DNA of 57,996 nt, counting the filler, from Sphacelaria rigidula (taxonomy: Eukaryota): assembly GCA_964200075.2 (NCBI GenBank). It is 5 parts of 5 records of this genome, joined end to end, with 100 filler letters (N's around TTAATTAATTAA, not from the genome) between each part and the next. Parts side by side here need not be neighbours in the genome. Positions count along the whole stretch, not along the records: positions 46,480 to 57,996 come from CAXNAA020004839.1; 4 more parts are not named here. One strand, given 5' to 3'. The notes beneath the pieces were generated by a model. It had not been told where the DNA came from, did no database searches, and was given only the letters and a program-made list of their open reading frames with translations. Both the position numbers and the translations under genes were made by a program. Below are positions 50,231 to 57,996 of the stretch, piece after piece (within the stretch, counting starts at the first letter, position 1; each line of letters starts with the position of its first letter).

Positions 50231-52039
50231 ATCGCTGCTTTTTCCCAATTCAATTCGCCAGGCATCGAGGTCCGAGAATAACCAAAATTGGTAATAATAC
50301 AAGTGGTAACTGCAAATGTTTTGTCTGTAGTCCTATTGTTTTATTTTTTCCAACACCTCATCCTTTTCTCGTTTCTCTCATCCTCATCTGCATTTCCGCC
50401 AGCTTATACTTTTCACAAGCCCGAAGCGAAGCGGATCCAATCAGTGAGCCAGACTTGAACTTTTTGTCAGTGGTCAGTGATGGAAAGTGCAGTGTGTACG
50501 GTTGGTGTTCACAAGCAAAGGGAGAAAAGCTTCGCCAAATGTCTCAGTGCGGAACCCCCCCGCCCCCCCCCCCCCCCCCCCCCACAAACACTCACACATA
50601 CCCTCACNNNNNNNNNNGTCCGTTGGGGAAAGTGGAGGTTTTTTGGTTGGTGTTCAAAAAAAAAGGGAAAAAAGTCCCACAACATTTCTCCCTGGGGACC
50701 CCCCCCCCCCCCCCCCCCCAAACGTATTCAGATTTCTCGATTACTTACCTTTCGTTGGAGTTTAAAAGGCTAGCACGGCAATTTGTTGTTGTCTCCCGTA
50801 TCTCCGTGCGTTTTTTTCATGCTGCTCTGCCACACCCATAGTTTACGCATCCCACAAGTTTCCACACCCGTTCCTTATTGGAGCGAGTTCTATCACATCA
50901 CGTACCGCCATACTCACGGGAGCACTCCATCAAGCCTTGCGTGCGTGGCGTGGACAGTGGCTGTTGATCTATCATCATCGCTGGTGACGGTTGTCAAGCT
51001 ATCACATCGTTCGTATCCCGATCGGATGCAGTGTGAAAGCTCCTAACCCGTCACCTCTCGGTTGCATTATGACGGCCACGGGGATCACGCCTCGGCCCGC
51101 GGCGTCGTGGGCTTCTCCCGTGAGTTTGTGGGGAGGTCATGCAAGACGGCTGGCGTGAAACAGCATGTACAACCCGTGACTCGTGAAACTGTGTGAACTA
51201 TTTCATGGGAAGGGCGAACCGTTCGGATTTTGACATTTGTCGACCTCCCCCCTCCCTTCCCGACCGCCATACTAGTTCTATTATCTCAAAGATGCATTAC
51301 TTTCTAGATCTTCACCCCTGGAGCGCTGGAGACCTCAGATCGCCCCTAGATGGCCTTCCCCAAAAATAAACGAAAAATGGCGGTTGGGGGGCTCGGGACA
51401 CGGGATTTCTGTAGAAGGGGGTGTTATTGTGTTGTCGAGGGTGAGTGGGTGAGATGGAAGTACACTGCAACCAAAATAGACCCATACTGTCCTTTTACTT
51501 GCTATTTGAATGACGGGGATCTGTAAATTCTACAAATTCCGGTGGCTACGGAGATGCCGAGAAAATGATCAAAGTTGTTTCACGTACGTCCAGCATCACA
51601 TTTGCCCCAGTTGCCGCTGGAAGATCATGTGCGAGTGCTTTGTTGACAGTCCCCAGTGCAACTTCGAAAGGCTGCGAACGATTACGGAGGATACCCCGCG
51701 GTATTTCGTGTATGCTCCATAGGTGACCCTCAGCGATTTACCCCCCACTTTCTGTCGCGCAACACATCAATACATCGCCCTAATGAATACAGGGAAGCGC
51801 GAGCCTGTTATCTGCATCTTACTATGCAGGCAACACTGTATTGTCTATACTGCCCAATTTGAAACACATATTTTACATTTTCCTGCACGCGTCCATTACA
51901 GGCAGTGCTGTACTATCTCTACTACACTTTGTTCAGTGTTTTTTTTCACATCCTGTCTGCTGTCTCGATCATGATTCACTGTGTTCCAAAACTTTTTCAC
52001 ACTTTCTCGTATGTTTTGAGCACAGTCTGTTCTACCTGG

Positions 52040-52400
52040 TTTGCACGACGTTTACATTTTTGTCATGTCCTTGTGTCTGCAGGGAGTCGCACTGTATACT
52101 GTCTAAACCCCACGTTGGTCATACTTTTTTGCATCCTTCTTCATGCAAACAGTGTAGACAGTACTGTTGTGCGTACTGTCTGTACTGCACCTTCCTCAAC
52201 TGTTTTTTTTTCTCGTATAGTTCATGGCTGCACGTATCCCGCGGGACGGATGAGTGAAATGTTGTTGCGAAACGAGGCCCGTCTCTCGATGAGTGGAAGC
52301 GCCACGACGCGGCGCCTGATGCCCGTTGTCTGCACCAACACTTTTCCTTAGTACCGTGACCGTCCTGGTATGGACCAGGGACATGTCGTAGATGCGGCAA
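52040..52400 (-). pseudogene. Possible Cys-rich C-terminal remnant of a piggyBac-like transposase
   Basis: HEL...KVQYRQYAQQYCLHC...T.W pattern only; heavily degenerate. Confidence 0.25.
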
Positions 52401-52454
52401 CGGACCCCCGCAGGACGAAAAATTGAAGGGTTGGGTGACATTTGGCGTTACATG

Positions 52455-52632
52455 GGCAAACTCTTGTGGGAACGTTTAGAATTTTATTTTGCAACATTTT
52501 CAGAGGAGTTTTTTTCCTCTTCTTTGTCATCATGGTGAACGGGCACAAAATTCACAACTGCGGCAAAGAAGAAAAAAAGTCGTTTAAAATTATTGCATAA
52601 TAAAATTCTAAACGCTCCCGTAAGAGTTGGCC
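52455..52632. mobile_element. MITE (about 180 bp, about 75-bp TIRs), possibly PIF/Harbinger type
   Basis: ggcaaactcttgtgggaacgtttagaattttatt versus right-end reverse-complement ggccaactcttacgggagcgtttagaattttatt. Confidence 0.8.
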
Positions 52633-53022
52633 TTAATACACATGTATGCACTGCATTTTTCTTTCGAGTGCTCCACGCGAAACTTTTCCATACGACATTT
52701 TACAAAGGAACTCCGCTCAACGTTTTAGCATACAGCTTGATTTCGTGTTTTGGAGACAGCGATGTGCGTTAGCGTGCCACCCATCACGAGGGCAAAGGGT
52801 AGGTCACATACCATGCAATGAGAACATGGCTTCATATTCGTGGAGTGTCGAGGTTTTGTGTGTGTGTATTTTGTAAAAAGGGGAAGAAAAAAGTACGGTT
52901 ATCACAATAGCCTGATGGAAATCCCTTCCGCAGCCGAGAGCATGATCGTTTTATTTCTTCGGTGTTGAAATCCTGATATATTTTGACGGCCAGACCCGCT
53001 GTAAGGTGGGTGTCATGTTTAA

Positions 53023-53121
53023 CCCTTAGACCGCGAGGTCAGTCTTCTGTTGAATTGGCACTAATTTCAAGTGAAAAAAAGTATGCATGATCCCAGAAAG
53101 ACTGATCTCGCGGTCTAAGGG
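53023..53121. mobile_element. 99-bp piggyBac-type MITE
   Basis: TTAA duplications (53019-53022, 53122-53125) flank CCCTTAGACCGCGAGGTCAGTCTT / AAGACTGATCTCGCGGTCTAAGGG 24-bp TIRs with one mismatch. Confidence 0.9.
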
Positions 53122-56100
53122 TTAACATGTATTAAATTCCACGGCATTGGGCTGCAGCCCAGTAACCACGCCGAATGAGCAGTCGCAAGTCCTGCCATCA
53201 TTCGGCGGCCGCTGGGATTGACATCCGGCAAGCTGCCGATGCTGCCGATCTTCAAATTAGTTTTTGGCGGTAAGCACGAGGAAGGCCGAAATTTTAGCGC
53301 GCCTGCACGGTACCGCACCTGTTTTTTTCCCTTTGTGGACCATGCTGTGCTCCAGGGTTTTTGGTCTGCATTTCGTCGGGTTTGGGGTTGCGGCCAGTGT
53401 TTTCATGAGCCGGATGGGTTTGGGGTGTGACATACACAGTCGCTCAAGGAACCACTTTGAAAACTCGAAATATTTGTGGAGTCCTGGAAAATGACGGGTT
53501 CAAAGAGGGGTCACACCCCGCCTGCCCGTATGTCCCTGTGAGGTCTACTTTCCAAAGATATCTTGAATCCTACGGTTCTGCTATATTCAGTTGTACTTCT
53601 TTTTATATGCCAGGAACTTCGAGTTTGAGATAATGTATAATGTGTGATATTTTTACGGTGAAGAAATCGGATATCTCCTGCGGAAGCAGTGATGTGATGA
53701 AAAAATGGATACACAATGCACAACTAAGTGTTGAATTAATGGTATCTTATACTCGAGGTTCCCGGTATATTGAACAAGAACATCTCAAACTCGGGGTTCC
53801 CGACATGAATGTGGAGTACAATAAACTGGTTCGCTGAGGCTACTTACGTGGCCGCTCTTGATAAGTAGGTGTCGAATGTTTTTGGCACGAGGTTTGATGA
53901 AAACACCTCGTGGTCCCTTCGACTGTGTACTGTACGGTGTCCGAATCTTCGGTGCGAAATCCTCAATTTACGTGACGCACGTGAGTGAGCTCGGATGCAC
54001 GCACGTCCAGGAACCATCAGTTCCAGAGTAGTAGCGAGGAAGGTATACATTTCCGTTTGTGTTTTTCGGCCACTCGTTTGTGTCTACATAGCCATTCGTT
54101 TTTCTTTTCACGGCACAAAACGAAAGAGTGAAGTTGACCCGACTCCAGTCGTTTGTACGATACCAACGTGGTGTTGCTTCGGTTTTCTACACGCACTCCT
54201 CTACGGGAAAAACAAAAAGAAAAAATACAGTCGGGATGGTCTCGAGCGTAGGTACAAAGTTGGGAGGTTATTAAAAAAATCTGTCTAGTACCCTACCCTT
54301 GCCCCAGACAATGAGGTATACCTGGTCGTCGTTACTTTCCACAGGCGATTATATCTGTTCGGCTTGTCGTGTACGTTAGCCCTTGGACAGCGAGAGTAAG
54401 TCATGTATTGAATCTGCATCTATTTCACTTGAAAGAAGTGTGCATGATACAGATACGGACTACCCTCGCGGTATACGGGTTGATGATGTAAACAAGGAAG
54501 ATGATAGTCCATCTCTTTCTTCACAAGTTGGACTTCGCTGCCCCATTCAGCGTAAACTGACGAGAAGCAACGAGGTGCACCTCTTTCTGGCCCACTGTCG
54601 TCAATTAAGGAATGCGCCTACTTCGTCTGACCAGCTTGTGGGGAGGATATCTATAATTTTTCCCTTTTCGTTGTGGCCCTTGTCTCATTTTTTTTTTTCA
54701 AATCGTGTCACTGGTGCGCAATCACTGGTCCTATACATGGTCAGCCGTGTTCACAAGACAGATGTCCCCACGACGACAGCACAGAACACTGGCGCACGTA
54801 GCGCGAGAAATATGGAAGAATGTAGGAGACACGAGAAAACGAACACGGTACAGTGGACGTGACGTTGCTCGTTTTTGAGGCTGCAGCCAATCCTGAATCT
54901 CCAAACCGCAGACGTTGTATTTCGACTGTAGAATTTCAAGGTTGTGGTCTGTAGGGTACATATTACCGGCGGAAAAATCGGGTGTTCACAGAAGGTATAA
55001 AATAATTTTATCGGTAAAAAAACTCTTCCGGACCATGCTGGAGTGTTCGCAAGAGGGCTCGATTTCCTCCAGAACCATACCGGAATGTGGGTCAGTCTGC
55101 CAACCACAACCCCCAACTTTCGGGCATACCCTGCAGAAGTCAAGCATGCGGCATACATATGATATAATGGTGTACATCGCAAAAAGCGATCGTTCGAGAG
55201 AGAAGCGGAGGAATTCACCTACAGTCAATAGGGCGTGCGGGATCTATGATTAACCTTTTGAGTTATTCGTGTGCAGCACGTTGTGTGCATGAGTGAATCT
55301 GTTCAAGTTCTGGCGTCATGTGTGCGATTTTACTCGGCTTCTGTAAGGTTCGGGATTCACAAAGACGGGGTATATGCCCGTGAACATGTATGCATGGCGG
55401 TGCATCCAGGGGCTCCATCCGTTGCCGTGGAGCATGATAATTACACCGATCTGCATTAGCATCCTCCGGAACGAACGTAAACATGCGCGCTTGCATGTTT
55501 CGTACATTCACAACACGGTGGGTTATGTGTCACGTATATAGAGTGCTGACTGTGGCGGTCATGTTGGAAGGGACATGGGATGACGCACATCCATCAAGGC
55601 TGTTACCGAGTGGTTGGAAACTATGGTTGACACAGTAAATCAGGTGCCTCCAACCCAAACCCCAACCGAAATCCTAACCCCGACCAACGCACAAGATAGC
55701 CCTCGAGCGCGGGGGTATAGAACATGCACCAGGTACAGTTTGCGTTGGCAGACCTTATGTTTGGAGAAGAAGCAGATTCGGGGCGAGCTAGGAGGACTCA
55801 GGACTGTCAAGCCCCTCTCAAGATTCAAATATATCGTCGTTTACTCTCAAATCAAGTAACAACCATTGTTTCCGCCCATTTGATGAAGTCTGCGGTCTCT
55901 AATGATTCATCGAGGACATTTGAGGGTTTCTGATTACAGCAGTTAGTTTTACCGTGCGTGCTTCCAGGAAGCAATTGTGATTACTGAAGCGCGAGAGGGG
56001 ACTGAAAAACGATGTTCTTGCGGTGTACGGTCAAGCTGCTGCTGCTGCAGCAGCAGCGGTACAGTGGCGCACAGTAATCCAGTGTACTGCTATACCGGCA

Positions 56101-56254
56101 GGAAAAAGTAGTACAAAGATACAGCACGGATAGATGCAGCACAATACAGTTGGGCAGAGTACAAATTACAGATCCCGTACCGACGATGCAGTGCAGTCAG
56201 TGCAGCGCCGTGCAGGGGCGATACTGTCTGTTCCACAGTCGAGTTTCGTACAGC

Positions 56255-57290
56255 ACCCTGTTTGCCGGTCAGTACAGCAGGTCTGCTCAGCTCATTTCAG
56301 CAGGTCTATACCAACCATTCAAGCAGGTCCTGTGGGAATCACACCGGCATTACAACTTGAGTTATTCTAGCAGATCCTGGTCGAATCACATGAACAGATA
56401 TACTCGAGTCCTTGAGTCAACCACCAGGTCTACTCAACTCATACCAGCAGTATTGTAAGGTCAAGTACCCCACATGTAGTACAGTAGTACAGTGCAGCAT
56501 ACCGTCAGGGGAGACACTGCAGGCCTGACCGCACAGTGAACATTACGCAAAGGCAGGGTGCAGGGCAGTGTATGTACTTGTGTACTGTGCAGCACCGTAC
56601 GGACTGTGTTGCATGTGGTGTAGCGCTGTACGACACAGTACAGCCCATGATTTCTGTTCAGCACCATACACGTGGTGTCGTAGACCTGCTGATATGACTC
56701 GAGTAGACATACTAGTTTGACTCGAGTTGAGCTGGTCTTATGACTGGAATAGATATCCTGGTATGAATAGATGTCCTGGTATGATTCGGGTAGATCTGTA
56801 TGGCTCGAGTAGACCTATTTTTATGCCTGGAGTCAACTTGCTGGTATGACACGTGAATTTGAAGTTTGTGCTGTCATCCCATGTATTCTGGATGCCAGTC
56901 CACATATTTCGGTATATGTTGTGGGCACATCAGCCGGGGTCACATGAGGAAGGTCAACACAGAAGCTAATTTTTTTTATTTTGGTGTTCGCATCACGCCG
57001 TCCTTCTACACTTCTCCCCTTTTCATCGCAAGAAGAGTTTGGGGGTCGATTGTCCCCGTCGACCGTGAGATGTACTCTCGACATCCTCGCCCTCCCCTAT
57101 TGGTATAGCTACTGATATGGCCCGAATAGATCTGCTGACATGACTCGAGTAGTGATGCTGGTTGGACTTAAGTAGACCTGCTGGTGTGACCTTTTGTGGT
57201 TTGATGGGTTGATTTTCGCATTTTCACTGGTCCGCAAGGGATCCACCAATTCACACTATAGTAGATCTGCTAGTACTGTCCGAGTAACCA
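56255..57290. repeat. Foldback-like structure: inverted arrays of a 23-bp unit (TAGACCTGCTGGTATGACTCGAG)
   Basis: Right arm units from 56681; left arm reverse-complement units (cagcaggtc at 56275, 56298 and 56321); spacer about 56466-56680. Confidence 0.7.
56866..57104 (-). mobile_element. Diverged SINE copy inserted in the right foldback arm
   Basis: gtcatcccatgtattctggatgccagtccaca...ggggtcacatgaggaaggtcaacacag...gtcgaccgtgag. Confidence 0.75.
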
Positions 57291-57996
57291 GGAGTCAAGA
57301 TTGAAAACCGCGGACTCGTAACCCTCTATCATGTTCGTATGCGGTCGTTACTCTCTCATGACGCGTGTCGATACACACTACACTCTTGCCTGCCGACGAG
57401 AGCTCTGTTTGAGTTGGTTCGCGTCATGGTGACATTTGAAGAGTCAACGAACAAAATGTGAGGAGACTCGAACGAGCCCTACGAGACATTTGGAAAAAAT
57501 GAGGTTCCCTAAAGCATTTTTTTCACCATGCTAGCACATCCCTCTTGCCGTGCATCTTGTGATGGCGAATATTCGGGGCGGGGGGCGTTCTCACTTGTTG
57601 CATGCCTTGATTGTTTGAACGTTGACCACGCGTCCCCTTCGAGACGGAGCACTGTTCCTACTCGTAATGGAGACATCTCCAACATTTCGGTGCTCGCTAC
57701 GGTATGCACGTTTGGGGACTTAAAACACTTTCTTCAATTAAATCCCACTTCAAGTCATCGTGCGAAGCAGCAACGGTTGTCCAAACGAGCTTGTTACCGA
57801 TAAATAGCGCTCACTCATTCCGCTTGACACCGTTTTTACCCATTATGAGCGCACCGCGATTGTCGCAAGTCCTCTGACGCACCTATGAGCCTCTGTTCCG
57901 TGGAATCACCCCCCCCCCCCCCACCCACCCCCCCCCCCCCCCCCCCCCCACCCAACCCCCCACACCACGCCGTCCCCCCCCCACCCCCACACCCCC

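Noticed and set aside
50485-50720. Apparent tandem duplication and poly-Pro ORFs around a 10-N gap
   Set aside because: Same artefact pattern: a degraded duplicate next to poly-C.
54383-54660. Possible non-LTR retrotransposon C-terminal remnant
   Set aside because: Only a vague resemblance; no RT or endonuclease motif is recognisable.
56681-56850. CRISPR-like array
   Set aside because: Contiguous degenerate 23-bp units without unique spacers, no cas genes, eukaryotic context.
57909-57996. Terminal C-rich tract suggesting a telomere
   Set aside because: Irregular poly-C without a CCCTAA-type period; typical low-quality contig end.

Overview
Eukaryotic nuclear DNA, most likely from a brown alga (Phaeophyceae). 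This is inferred from the intron style, poly-C tracts and transposon families, and cannot be proven here. The window is not contiguous: five contigs of 11,520, 11,520, 11,520, 11,519 and 11,517 bp are joined by 100-bp N44-TTAATTAATTAA-N44 linkers, so nothing should be inferred across the linkers. Contig 1 (1-11520): a decayed Ty3/Gypsy element with a very long ORF1 and a candidate 66-bp LTR, abutting the 3' LTR of a decayed Ty1/Copia element (both on the minus strand). Contig 2: a two-exon low-complexity gene with a PP1-docking-like RVxF motif, plus repeats. Contig 3: seven exons of a PLP-dependent class I/II aminotransferase resembling plant ISS1/VAS1 (first exon missing), a full-length tRNA-derived SINE, a MITE and a long inverted repeat. 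Contig 4: a nest of LTR retrotransposons, including two different Gypsy integrases that each end in a chromodomain followed by a second Tudor-like module. Contig 5: MITEs, SINE fragments and a foldback structure built from 23-bp repeats. Most ORFs in the six-frame track are spurious.
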